From Mustelus asterias (taxonomy: Eukaryota), in NCBI RefSeq assembly GCF_964213995.1, contig NC_135824.1, positions 11,346,001-11,410,000 on the forward strand: DNA of 64,000 nucleotides, in the 5' to 3' direction. The position numbers were made by a program, and so were the translations under genes. Numbering within the stretch: the first letter of the stretch is position 1; each line of letters opens with the position of its first letter. The notes beneath the pieces are model-generated. The model did no database searches. It was given only the letters and a program-made list of their open reading frames with translations, and was not told where the DNA came from. Positions 11,700 to 24,131 of the stretch are shown here, piece after piece.

Positions 11700-12260
11700 T
11701 TTGGGATTTGAGTACAGGGATAAGAATGTTTTGCTGCAATTGTATAGGGTGTTGGTGTGGCCACACCTGGAGTATTGTGTGCAATTTTGGTGTCCTTATC
11801 TGAGGAAGGGTGTTCTTGCAATTTAAAGGTTTACCAGGCTGATTCCTGGGATGGCAGCTCTGTCATATGAGGAGAGACTAAGTTGGTTAGGATTATATTC
11901 ACAGGAGTTTAGAAGAGTGAGAGGGGATCTCATAGAAACTTATAAAATTCTAACAAGGTTAGACAGGGTAGATTCAGAAAGAATGTGGGGGAGTCCAGAA
12001 CTAGGGCTCATAGTTTGAGGATAAGGGGTAAACCTGAGGAGAAATTTCTTCACCCAGAGGGTGGAATTCACTACCACAGAAGGCCAAAACGTCTGATTTC
12101 AAGAAGAAATTAGATGTAGCTCTTGGGGCTAAAGGGATCAAGGGAAATGGGGTGAAAGGGGGATCAGGATATTGAATTCGATGATCAGCCATGATCAAAA
12201 TGAATGGTGGAGCAGGCTCGAAGGGCCGAATGGCCTCCTCCTGCTTCTAGTTTCTATGTA
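11700..12260 (+). mobile_element. CR1 LINE 3' fragment
   Basis: PHLEYCVQFW remnant; tail gggccgaatggcctcctcctgcttctagtttctatg. Confidence 0.85.
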
Positions 12261-13446
12261 ATCTGCAAAATCCTTCCAAACATGTTAATGGCTGGCAGTA
12301 AGTGCGGGAGAAACTCCTGGTCAGCCACTTGTGGAGTGGTGCCCCTCAAGCTATAAGCCCTGGTGACCTCTTCCAGAAATTATTAACTATCGAAACAGTC
12401 AAAAGTCTGTTTTAGTGGAAGAGAATTGGAGTTTGCCTGACACTTGTTATTCTGCAATTTACAGCAACCCATCTGGATTTGCAAGTTTTCTTGGACAATT
12501 CAATCACATACTTCTCATTTAGAGAAACATGGAGTAGGATTTTCCAGCCACGCACGTCCCAAGACTGGAAATTCCCATCCAAGATCAACATTCCTTTAAA
12601 CGGTCTGCCAAATTTTCTGGAAAATTCCACCCATGATATTTTAAAAGGCAATTCGCAATTTGTTAAATTATAAAACAAAGTGCTGATGATGTTAGGAATT
12701 TTACCTTGAACCACTCAGATCGAGGGAGCAGAGTTTTCAGAAATTAACACAAGGGGAAAACAGGTTCTGTCTGCTTTGATTGTACGGGGGTCTAAACTAC
12801 AAATGGAAATTAAGTCAGATAAATTTATTGGGACCACAAAGGCTTTGTCACCTAAAAGTTGAATTCATCGAAAGTTGAAATTCAAAAACTTATCAAGAGA
12901 TATGGGGAATGGGCAAAAAAATCTTGTGATGCCTGTCATGGACAAATAGTTCAGGAGAGCACAGTGGCTAGCACTGCTGCCTCACGGCGCCAGGGAGCCG
13001 AGTTCAATTCCGGCCTCGATTCGCTGTCTGTGCGGAATTTGCACGTTCTCCCCGTGGTCTGCGTAGGTTTCCTCCGGGTGCTCCGGTTTTCTCCCACAAT
13101 CCAAAAGATGTGCTGGTTAGGTTGATTAGCCATGCTTAATTGACCCTAGTGTCAGGGGATTAGCAGGGTAAATATGTGGAGTTACGGGGATAGGGCCTGG
13201 GTGGGATTGTGGTTGGTGCAGACTCGATCCGCTCAATGGCCTCCTTCTGCACTGTATGGATTCGATGGATTCTAAGCCAACTGAATGGAAAATGCACCAA
13301 TATTTATGAATGAAGAAGTCAAAGGCTGGCAACATTCTGAAGCCAAGTAGTAATGTGGGAGAGTGAGAGTAAAACACAAGGCAATACGGTTTAGGTAGAT
13401 CTACACATCGAATACAAGGTTAGCACCATAACTAGTGTCTCCTTAC

Positions 13447-13645
13447 TTTGAGGTTGAAGTTTCTGAAGAACTGGTTGCATGGTTTTCAGAGCTAGAGCTG
13501 TGGTTCTTGTTATTCCTCCCTCAGAAACCTCCCAAACCCATGCAACCGCAGGATATCTGTCCTTGGTGTTGTGATAAACGTTATAGAAGATGTCACAAGT
13601 AGAACTTACTGCTAGTAGGCTGCTGAACCTCTTTATGAAGTTCTC
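13447..13645 (-). CDS. PLIN1: Perilipin coding exon 2 (PAT domain: ENFIKRFSSLLAVSSTCDIFYNVYHNTKDRYP...MQPVLQKLQPQ)
   Basis: 199 nt, open frame, acceptor ttttatag|GAG, donor A|gtaagg. Aligns by eye to human PLIN1 ENVLQRVLQLPVVSGTC...TKEAHP. Confidence 0.9.
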
Positions 13646-14213
13646 CTATAAAAGGTCAGGAGAGGCAAGTTATATTTGAATATGCAAATCAATTGTCATT
13701 AGTGCTTCAACATCGACAAATGCTACCCATCGTCATTTTGAACAGGTGCTTGGGTTTACTATGCATTTGTCACCAATGCCTGTTAGGGAACATCCACTGG
13801 GGTGGCACAGTGGTTAGCACTTCGGCCTCACAGTGCCAAGGACCTGGGTTCAATTCCAGCCTTGGGTCACTGCCTGTGTGGAGTCTGCCCGTGTCTGCAT
13901 GGGTTTCCTCCGGGTGCACCGGTTTCCTCCCACAGTCTAAAGACGTGCAGATTAGGTTGATTGGCCATGATAAATTGCTCCTTAGTGTCAGGGGGATTAG
14001 CAGGGTAAATACATGGGGTTAGGGGGATAGGGCCTGGTAGGATTGTTGTCGGTGCAGGCTCAATGGACCAAATGGCTTCCTTCTGTACTGTAGGGATTCT
14101 ATGGTTCACTGCATTGCATACAGAGGGTCACTGGTGAAGAATCAGTGCTGATCCAGTCTATTCTTTCCCTCTGATCCACTGACATTGTATCTTGCTTTTG
14201 TTTTCTTCCTTAC

Positions 14214-14252
14214 CTTACTTTCAATGCAATTATTCTGCCCATCTCCTGCCAT
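14214..14252 (-). CDS. PLIN1: Perilipin (PLIN1 position), first coding exon, MAGDGQNNCIESK
   Basis: Acceptor ttttacag|G (exon starts 14261), ATG at 14252, donor AAG|gtaagg at 14214. Phase 0 join to the PAT-domain exon, matching the short ATG exon of vertebrate perilipins. Confidence 0.75.
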
Positions 14253-14579
14253 TGTGCCAACCTGTAAAAAGCAAGTGCACAACCAGCTAAAGTTTATGAC
14301 CTGTCATTAATATCAGAAGCAAAAATAATTACTGGAAGTATTATTATCACATTATTGAAAAGGTAAAGCTGGAGCAGTGGGACTATAATGTAGGATTCTA
14401 GGCAGAGAAAGCAAAGGGCTTGCAAAAGCAGCATGGTGGCACAGTGATTAGCACTGCTGCCTCACAGCGCCAGAGACCCGCACTAAAGGAATGCTGAACT
14501 GCTGGAAGTGGCGCCTTTTAGAAGGTATTTCTTTAAGAGGTGGCATTAAACAAAAATCTAATGATGCCAGTCAGGCTAA

Positions 14580-15855
14580 CGCTATAGATAAGAAAGCCCA
14601 CTAATGCCTCTACTTTCTCAGGAGGCTAAGGAAATTCAACATGTCCGCTAAAACTCTCACCAATTCTTACAGATGCACCATAGAAAGCATCCTTTCCGGT
14701 TGTATCACAGCTTGGTATGGCTCCTGCTCTGCCCAAGACTGCAATAAACTACAAAGGATTGTGAACATGGCCCAGTCCATCACACAAACCAGCCTCCCAT
14801 CCATTGACTCTGTCCAAACTTCCCGCTGCCTCGCCAACATAATCAAGGACCCCACGCAGCCCCGACATATTCTCTTCCATCTTTTTCCGTTGGGGAAAAG
14901 ATACAAGAGCCTGAGGTCATGTACCAACCAACTCAAGAACTGGTTCTTCCTTTTTCAGCTTTGACAAAGGGTCATCTGGACTCGAAACGCCAGCTCTTTT
15001 CTCTCCTTACAGATGCTGCCAGACCTGCTGAGATTTTCCAGCATTCTCTCTTTTGATAACTGCTTCTTCCCTGCTGCCATCAGACTTTTGAATGAACCTA
15101 CCTTAGATTAAGCTGATCTTTCTTTATACCCTATCTGCAACTGCAACACTATATTCTGCACCCTCTCCTTTCTTTCTCCCCTATATACTCTATGAACGAT
15201 ATGCTTTGTCTGCATAGCACGCAAGATACAATACTTTTCACTGTATCCCAATACATGTGGCAATAATAAATCACATCAAGGGTGATGAGTTATTGCCTCA
15301 CCATTGTCTACTTTCTCAGAAGACTAAGGAAATTTGGCATGTCAGCTACGGCTGTCACCAACTTTTACAAATGCACCATAGAAAAAGCATTATTTCTGGT
15401 TGTATCACAGCTTGGTATGGCTCCTGCTCTTCTCAAGCCCACAAGGAACTACGAAAGGTCGCGAATGTAGCCCAATCCATCACGCAAACCAGCCTCCCAT
15501 CCACTGACTCTGTCTGCACTTCCCACTGCCTCGGCAAAGTAGCCAGTATAATTAAGGACCCCACGCAACGCGGACATTCTTTCTTCCACCTTCTTCCGTC
15601 GGGACAAAGATGCAAAAGTCTGACGTCGCGTACCAGCTGACTCAAGAACAGCTTCTTCCCTGCTGCTGTCAAACTTTTGAATGGACTTACCTTGCATTAA
15701 GTTGATCTTTCTCTGCACCCTAGCTATGACTGTAACCCTACATTCTGCACTCTCTTGTTTCCTTCTCTATGAATGGTATACTTTGTTTGTATAACGCGCA
15801 AGAAACAATACTTTTCACTGTGTACTAATAAGTGACAATAATAAATCAAATCAAT
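14580..15855 (+). mobile_element. Two tandem Rex1/Babar LINE 3' fragments (about 14580-15275 and 15295-15855)
   Basis: ORF remnants TIESILSGCITAWYGSCS..DPT.PGH..F; each ends in a tgtgacaataataaatca-type tail. Confidence 0.85.
14951..15057 (+). mobile_element. Second Penelope-like short family with a decayed hammerhead, inserted in a Rex1 LINE
   Basis: agct-TTGACAA-A-GGGTC atctg GACTC-GAAA-cg-cc-agct followed by cagatgctgccagacctgctgagattttccagcatt; flanks aactg(g/c)ttcttcc duplicated. Confidence 0.6.
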
Positions 15856-16397
15856 TAAATCACCTAACATGGTAGGTTAACTGGTTTATTCAAACCAGCA
15901 GTTTATAGAACATTGCATGTGCAAATCAGCTGCTGCATTTATCTATTCACTACTGACTACACTTAAATCATTGGCTATTAAGCATGCAGTGATATGCCTG
16001 AAGGTACTATTTGAATGTCTCTTTGTTGACCAGGTAGAACGCGGTTGCCACAAAGCAAAACGGAGGTTGATTTAAATTTGGAATTCCCTGGGATTAATTT
16101 GGAAGCCTTTTATGCAGTTGCCCAGGTGAGCACAAAACACAGCGGATTTTAATGTCCATTTTAAGTTTTAATCGCAAAATGAAAATCAGACCTGGATTTG
16201 GTAAAAGCCAGCTCGCTTTCCATCTGCGGAAATTTTGGCAATTAATTCTGAACTCGCCCAGCCGTGTGCAACTCAAAAATAAGAATTGCTCGGGCAGCGT
16301 TTCAACCTGGTCCCACTAAATACTGCAGCTAAACGCGGGAGGTTAAAACTTGCTGTAGCTTTGCTATTAAAACAAGGTCACTTTCTCAGATACTCAC

Positions 16398-16520
16398 GGC
16401 GGATTGCTTCTCCCCAGATAACTACAGTCAAACTGTTCGCAGCACCTACAAACTGGCGAGTTTGGGTCCACTGTGAAACTAAATAGCACGCGGAGCCCAG
16501 CCCTTGGACAACACCGCCCC
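16398..16520 (-). promoter_or_regulatory. PLIN1: Probable perilipin promoter and non-coding first exon
   Basis: CpG-enriched unique sequence. Read on the minus strand: GC box GGGGCGG (16514-16520), TATA-like CTATTTAG (16479-16486), then donor CGCC|gtgagt at 16398, upstream of the ATG exon acceptor. Confidence 0.55.
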
Positions 16521-16980
16521 TTATTCTTGCAGCAAGAACAGTTAGTCAACAATCTGATCGATAATTATTGTTATCATGATGTTATCATTAGAATCCCTAC
16601 AGTGCAGAAGGAGGCCATTCAGCCCATCAAGCCTGAACCCCAACAATCCCAAATTCGCCAAACAATCCCACCCAGGCCCTAGCCCTGTAGCGCCACATAT
16701 TTACCCCATTAATCCCCGGACACTAAGGGCAGAATTTTCCTGTCCCGCCCACTACAGTTCCATGCAAAGGTCAGGTGTCCTCGGCCTTGGGGCAAGTGTA
16801 TCTGGAAAATTCTGCCCAATGGGTCAATTTAGCACAGTCAATCAACCTGACCCCACACATCTTTGGAGTGTGAGAGGAAACCAGCGCACCCAGAGGAAAC
16901 CCACGCAAACATGGGGAGAAAGTGCAGACTCCACACAGTCGCCCAAGGTCAGAATTTAACCCGTGTCCCTGGCGCTGTGA

Positions 16981-17090
16981 AACAGAATTCCCACTCACCT
17001 GAAGAAGGGGCTTGGAGCTCCGAAAGCTTGTGTGGCTTTTGCTACCAAATAAACCTGTTGGACTTTAACCTGGTGTTGTTAAACTTCTTG
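16981..17090 (+). mobile_element. Penelope-like pLTR fragment inserted in a V-SINE
   Basis: Shares ctaccaaataaacctgttggactttaacctggtgttgtt with the other copies; duplicated gctgtga on both flanks; contains the hammerhead. Confidence 0.7.
16996..17032 (+). ncRNA. Minimal hammerhead ribozyme motif (intact core)
   Basis: CAC-CUGAAGA-A-GGGGCU ugg AGCUCC-GAAA-GC-UU-GUG; stem I CAC/GUG and 6-bp stem II. Confidence 0.7.
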
Positions 17091-17479
17091 CTGTGAGACA
17101 GCAGTGCTAGCCATTGTGCCACCATGCCACTCATTGTGCTTTTATCCTTCTGTTGGGCTGTATGCAGAATGATGATGCCATGATGTGATCTATGTAATGC
17201 TTGGAACTACATATACACTGTGTAAAAGCAGTGGAGGGCTATAGGAACAGGTTCTATCTGTACAACAGACCACTTACCAAGGAATAAACAGAAAATACTG
17301 GAAATGCTCAGCAAGTCTGGCAGCATCAGTGGAGAGAGAAACAGAGTTTAGGTTCAGTCTGTGACCCTGACCTCACAGACCTGAAATATTACCTTTTGTT
17401 TTTCTCTCTACAGATGTTGTCAGACCTTATTTTCAGTCTTTCATGGGATGTGGGCATTGCTAGTTGGGCCAATATTTAT

Positions 17480-18610
17480 TGTCCATTATTAAGAAGGCTA
17501 ATGCACATGGGATACAGGGTGATTTGAAAAGATAGATTCATAATTGGCTTAGCTGTAGGAGACAGAGGGTGGTGACAGAAGGCTGCTTTAGTGACTGGAG
17601 GCCAGTGACCAGTGGCACACCATAGGGATCCGTGCTGGGCTCCCTATTGTTCGTCATTTATATAAATGACATAGATGACTATGTGGGGGGTAGGATCAGT
17701 AAGTTTGTCAATGACACAAAGATTGGCTGGGTGGTTAACAGTGAGGTTGAATTTCTTGGGTTACAGGAAGATATAGACGAGGTGGTCAAATGGGCAGATG
17801 GAATTTAACTCTGAAAAGTGTGATGTGATGCGCTTTGGAAGCAGTAATTTGACAAAGAAGTATTCTATGAAAGGTCTGACACTGGGAAGTTCTGGAGAAT
17901 AAAGGGACTCTGGTGTGTTTGTCCATAGATCTCTAAAGGTGGAAAGGCAGGTTAATAGGGTGATGAAAAAGGCATATGGCACATTCGCCTTTATCAATCA
18001 GGCGATAAATTACAAAAGCAGAGGGGTCATGATGGAGTTGTATAGAACTTTGGTGAGGCCACAGATGGAGTACCCTGTGCAGTTCTGGTCGCCACATTAT
18101 AGGAAGGACGTGAACGACCTGGAGGATGTGCAGAGGAGATTCATCAGGATGTTGCCTGGCATGGAACATTTAAGTTATATAGAGAGGTTGGATAGGCTTG
18201 GGTTGTTTTCTCTGGAGCAGAGAAGACTGAGGGGGCGACCTGATTTTGGTGTTCAAGACTATGAGGGGCATGGACAGGGTGGATAGGGAGCAGCTGTTCC
18301 CCTTAGTTAAAGGGTCAGTTACGAGGGGGCACAAGTTAAAAGTAAGGGGTGGGAGGTTTGGGGGGGATTTGAAGAAAATCTTTTTTACTCAGAGGGTGGT
18401 GATGGTCTGGAATGCACTGCCTGGGAGAGTGGTGATACCTCACATCCTTTAACAAGTACGTGGATGAGTACTTGGCACACCATAACATTCAAGGCTATGG
18501 GCCAAGTGTTGACGAGTGGGATTAGGTGGCAGGTCAGGGCCTTTCATGCGTCAGTGTAGACTCGATGGGCCAAAGTGCCTCTTCTGCACTGTAGGATTCT
18601 GTGATTCTGT
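17480..18610 (+). mobile_element. CR1 (HER1-like) LINE 3' fragment
   Basis: RT/C-terminal remnants (LYRTLVRPQMEY.VQFWSPHYRKD, LFSLEQRRLRG, FFTQRVV..WNALP); tail gattctgtgattctgt. Confidence 0.9.
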
Positions 18611-21600
18611 AATTGCCCCTTGAGAAAGTAGTGGTTAGCTGCATTCTAGAACCGCAGTAGTCCATGTGGCGTAGGTGCACCCATGAGGCCGTTAAGGAGT
18701 TCCAGAATTTTGATCCAGCAACAGTGAAGGAACGGCGATATATTTCCAAGTCAGGATGGTGAGTGGCTTGGAGGGAAACTTGCAGGTGGTTATGCTTCCA
18801 TGTGTCAGCTGCCCTTATCCTTCTTCATGGTCGATACCACGGGGAGTACCTGCTAAGTATTGCCACAATTTCTATTTTTATTTCAGATCTCCAGCATCTC
18901 CAGTATTTTGTTCTTGTCCCAGTAACCAAGGCATTGGAAGGTAAAACCATGGGTAAAGGAAAATTAGAGGGAACATAATCAGGAATAGATTTGTCTTGTG
19001 CACATTCCCTGAGTCCAGCTCAGACCAACTGATACAAAAGCAAAAATATGGCAGATGAAAGGCAGAGACCAGAAAAGACTAACTCTGTTTCTCTCTCTAC
19101 AGATAGTGCCATGCCCTTTGAGTAATTCCAGCACTTTCTGTTTTTATGCTTGTTCAGATAAATATCCAAGCTTGGTTTGATAAGTGACAAATAACATTCG
19201 CATCACACAAGTGCCAGGCAATGACCACCTGCAACCTCCAACAAGAAAGAATCTAACAATTTCCCCTTGGCATTACCATCACTGAATCACCCACTGCCAA
19301 CATCCTGGGGGTTACCATTGACCAGAAACTGAACTGGACTAGCCATATAAATATTGTAACTATGAGAGCTCGGAATTTTATGGAGAGTAACTCCACCTCC
19401 TGACACCCCAAAGACTGTCCACTGACTACAAGGTACAAGTCAGGAGTGTGATGGAATACTGTTCACTTGCCTGGGTCACGTATAGAATCCCCCCAATGCA
19501 GAAGGAGACCCTTTGGCCCACCAAGTCTGTACCGACTCTCTGAAAGAGCATCTAAGCCAGGCAAACCCCCTTCCACCTCCCCTGTCCTATCCCCGTAACT
19601 CTGCCTATTTACCATGGCTCATCCATTTAACCTACACATCTTTTGACACTAAGGGGCAATTTACCATGACCAATCCATCGAACCTGCACATGTTTGGACT
19701 GTGGGAGGAAACCGGAGCTTCCGCAGGAAACCTACGCAGCCATGGGGAGAACATACAAATTTCACATAGACAGTGACCCAATGCCGCAATTGAACCCAGG
19801 TCCCTGACGCCTTGAGACAGCAGTGCCACCATGCCCTGGATGAGAGCCACTCCAACAACACGCAAGAAGCTCGTCTACCTGATTGCCACCCCATCCCCCT
19901 TCAACATTCACTCCCACCACCACTGATGTTCAGTAGCAGCAGTGTGCATCATCTACAAGATGCAACATGCCAAGGCTCCAGCACGTGCATGGGAACCCCA
20001 CCAGCTGCAAGTTCCCCTCCAAGACACACACCATCCTAGGTGGAACCATTCCTTCAATGTCGCTGGGACAAAATCTTGAACTCCCTCCCTAAAAGCACTG
20101 TGGGTGTATCTACACCACATGGGCTGCAGTGGTTCAAGAAGGCAGCTCACCCACCACCTTCTCAAGAGCAATTGGGAAAGGGCAAGACAGCAAAGCCTGC
20201 ATCCCAGTAATGAATAAATAATTTTACAAAATTGACAGATTGGAATATGGCATCCACCTACAATTCCAATCAAATGGGTATCCTGATACCTATTGCAGTA
20301 GCAACAGACTGGTCACTGTCATGTCGAAGCTTGTGTGAAGTTGTGATTCGCAATACATGTTCAGTAATACGGAGGGCAGCTTGTATCATTAAAAATCCCA
20401 AGCCATTTATGCCTAGCAAAAGTATTAAAACATATGAATCAAGAGAATTTACAAATGCCTGAGAGTCCAATAATGTTTATTACACATGCATAATCAATGG
20501 TTCTGTCAATTAGGTGGTTTTAGGATGTAGTTGCCCGACAACAGCACGGTGGTACAGTGGTTAGCACTGCTGCTTCACAGCACCAGGGACCCAGGTTCGA
20601 TTCCCGGCTTGGGTCACTGTCTGTGTGGAGTTTGCACTTTCTCCCCGTGTCTGCATGAGTTCCCTCTGGGTGCTCAGGTTTCCTCCCACATTCTGAAAGA
20701 CATGCTGGTTAGGTGCGTTGACCCAAACAGGTGCCAGACTGTGGCAACCAGGGGATTTTCACAGTAACTTCATTGCAGTGTTAATGTATGCCTTATTTGT
20801 GACTAATAAATAAACTTACTTATACTTATAACAGTGTGAGGGGAGCTATGCTGTACAGTTCAAATGACTCAACCACTGAAGAATCTGGATTAATGATTAT
20901 ATGATCACTGACATTAGTTTAACTCAATCACACTCTGAGTAAACAATTCTTTGACGCCAGTTCCTCAATCACATCACTGTTTAAATATAAACATTCAGAA
21001 AAAATCAACACAGACAGTAAATAAACAAAACAAAAACATTCTTTGTAACCACTTCATATTCCAAAAGGTTACCGAACTTGTTCATAATAATTTATAAGTT
21101 TAAGTTTTTAAGTTTAAAGTTTATTTATTAGTCACAAGTCGGCTTACATTAACACTGCAATGAAATTACCGTGAAAATCCCCTAGTCGCCACACTCTGGC
21201 CCCTGTTCGGGTGCACTGAGGGAGAATTTAGCATGGCCAATGCACCTAATCAGCACGTCTTTCGGACTGTAGGAGGAAACCGGAGCACCCAGAGGAAACC
21301 CACGCAGACACGGGGAGAATACGCAGACTCCACACAGGCAGTGACCCAAGCCATGAATTGAACCTGGGTCCCAGGCACTGTGAGGCAGCAGTGCTAACCA
21401 CTGTGTCACCACCAAAATAAAATAACAAGCATAATGACAAAATCTCAACAGTGGAATGCATTCTCCTTTATTATCATCATATTATAACTTACACTAGAAA
21501 TATGTACCTGAGACCAGACTATCATATGAAAACCCACGTGGCATTGACTGTATAAAACAGCGGGGAACAACACTAAGGTGCAGTCAGATTCAATAGGTGA

Positions 21601-23357
21601 TTGTCACAGGCAGATTTTCCACACTTGATTAGATTTGAATGCACGACCAGGGAAGTGAGAGGATGGGGAATGGTTGCTGGTTAGTTGTTGATTGTCCATG
21701 GGTTCAACATAGAAGTTTCCATGTCATGCAGGAGCCAAGAAATGGATTGTTTGAGGCACCTGCAGTCAGAATCCCTGATAGAAGGTGAGTTACCAGACAG
21801 GAGGGATTACCCCATGACCGCTTGTCATCATGAGATAAACTGGTTGCTTTGCACAAAGGAAAAGAGAAATTAGATTTGCACAAATCACTGTGTTTGACAT
21901 TGGTGAAGGCCTGAGGGAAGATCACCATTCTGTCCTCTCAGTGCATGGAGTGCTGCAAGACCAGAGAGATATCACACTGAAAATGGATGTTATTTAACAC
22001 ATGTATTTTTTGGGGGAAGGAACTATTGTGTTATTCTGTAAAGAAGGCTGTGTGTAAATTATTTAATTAAGCTGAGGAAAGGTTAATTTGTCTGGCAGAG
22101 CTTAGGGATGAAAAGTGTGATGGTGCTAAATGCACGCATTTGCAATGAAGCTACAGACAAGTGGCTTTATATGTAAATAAGTAGTTAGAAATTTGCATTA
22201 GGAGATAGAAAGGAACATTTTTCAGCTGTTAAGTTTCAAATGGGAATAAAAGGCTTTTACAGTTTGCAAAGGTTTTATAAGTAACCAATGGAAAGTTATT
22301 AAATTTGATCCCAAATGTTGGAGACATTAAGAACTTCCATATTTTTAGAAATAATAAGTTCAAAGATGTACTGAGAACTAATGGGATGCAGATGGAGGCC
22401 AGACCACGCCCCCCCCCGCCACCCCGACCTGATTCTCTGAGATGCCAGCAGGAAAACACACCGGTGTGAAACATGTTTGGAACAACATGGTTTGCAGATA
22501 CCGGGACTCACCTGGCAATACTTGGGGCTGCCTCTGGTGTAGAAGAATGAGGCCGCCTGCAACCCTGGACCCTGGAATACAACAGCAATAGGTCAAGGGA
22601 GCATCTGCAGTTGGACCTTCCAGATTAGCTATCCTGGGGAGGGTCCATCTTTGAGTCTCAGAATGTTCCAGATGATCGATCATCATTCTCAGGAGGTACA
22701 TCTCCTGTTATCAGAGTGCTCCCAGAGATCTATCTTCATTTTCAGGAGGCCCACTGTGGTAGCATGCCCCTTTAAGGGGTGAGTTATCGTGGGGGAGTCA
22801 CATGATCCATTGGGCCAATCACGGTGAGATGCATGAATCGGGATCAAGCGTAGATCTGCCTTGTTGGCCATCAGTTCCTTGTAGCTATTACAACTGGCGA
22901 TGGAGTTTTCTTTCTGTCATCTGCTGCACATTGGGAGGGGGGCAGATCTCGAATTGCAACCCTTTTGAAGAACGCTACTACAACAAGTGCACAGAATGGG
23001 CAGCACGGTGGCACAGTGGTTAGCACTACTGCCTCACAGCACCAGGGACCCAGATTCGATTCCTGGCCTGGGTCACAGGGAGAACGTGAGTCTGCACGTT
23101 CTCTCCGTGTCTGCGTGGGTTTCCTCCGGGTGCTCCGGTTTCCTCCCACAGTCCAAAAGACGTGCTGGTTAGGTGCATTGGCCATGCTAAATTCTCCCTC
23201 AGTGTACTCGAAAAGATGCCGGATTGTGGCAACTAGGGGATTTTCACAATAACTTAATTGCAGTGTTAATGTAAGTCTACTTGTGACACTAATAAATAAA
23301 TTTAAACTTTAATTGGGAAGTTGGAACCATTTGACCTTGAAAGAGAGCAGTGGAGCC

Positions 23358-24131
23358 TGTAATAACTCCACAGAGGTGAAAGTCCCGTCACCAAGTTACT
23401 TTATTTACACCATACATCTGTACACAGCCAGCTCTCCAGTTGCTCCCTGCTGAATGCAGGCTGGGAGTCTGACACACCTGCTTTAAATAGGGAGCATGAG
23501 GCTCCCTGATTTAACCATCAATTAGGACTCATCAGGTATTTCTTTTGATACCAATCAAGTAAACGAACTCAAATTAACTTAGGGACAAATTAAAAGGGGC
23601 AGCTCCCCAAAAGGAAGGGGGGAACAGCCCGAACCAAAAACAAAGTCGAAAGGAAACTTAAAACATTAAATCAAAAGGTGATTATCGGGGTCGATAATAC
23701 ACCCCGGCCCCTGCGGTGCCCAGCGGATGCGGAAGGCGTCAACTGTGCCCGTGGACACCGCGTGCTCCCTCTCCAGGGACACCTGGCCGCGAATAAGGAC
23801 TCATCAGGTAGCTCTTTTAAGGTACCAACAAATTAAACTAACTCAAATTAACTTAAGGACAAATTAAAAGGGGCAACTCCCCAAAAGGAGGGGGAGCAGC
23901 CCGAACAAAAAACAAAGTCGAAAGGAAACTTTAAAACATCAAATCATAATGTGGTTATCGGGGTTTATAATACACCCCAGCCCCTGCGGTGCCCAGAGGG
24001 CACGGAAGGCGTCAACTGCGTCCGTGGACACCGCATGCTCCCTCTCCAGGGACACCTGGCCACGAATAAGGACTCATTCGGTAATTCATACTCTAGCTAG
24101 CCAACCTCATTAGCCTGGCTGAAGTCATCAC
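23358..24131 (-). mobile_element. Solo LTR of a second family inserted in the Gypsy gag
   Basis: Begins TGTAAT; TSD gagcc/gggcc; gag resumes exactly after it; minus-strand TATA-like and AATAAA motifs. Confidence 0.65.
23539..24069 (-). mobile_element. Two tandem 3' ends of a Tx1-type L1 LINE
   Basis: Each encodes IRGQVSLEREHAVST..VDAFR..WAPQG.GCII.PDNH..I*, then a 3' UTR ending aaaaga; separated and flanked by ggactcatcaggta-like repeats. Confidence 0.7.

Noticed and set aside
23525-23538. Minus-strand CTGATGAGTCC resembles a hammerhead core
   Set aside because: No closing stem II or GAAA follows; it is the duplicated target site of the Tx1-like inserts.
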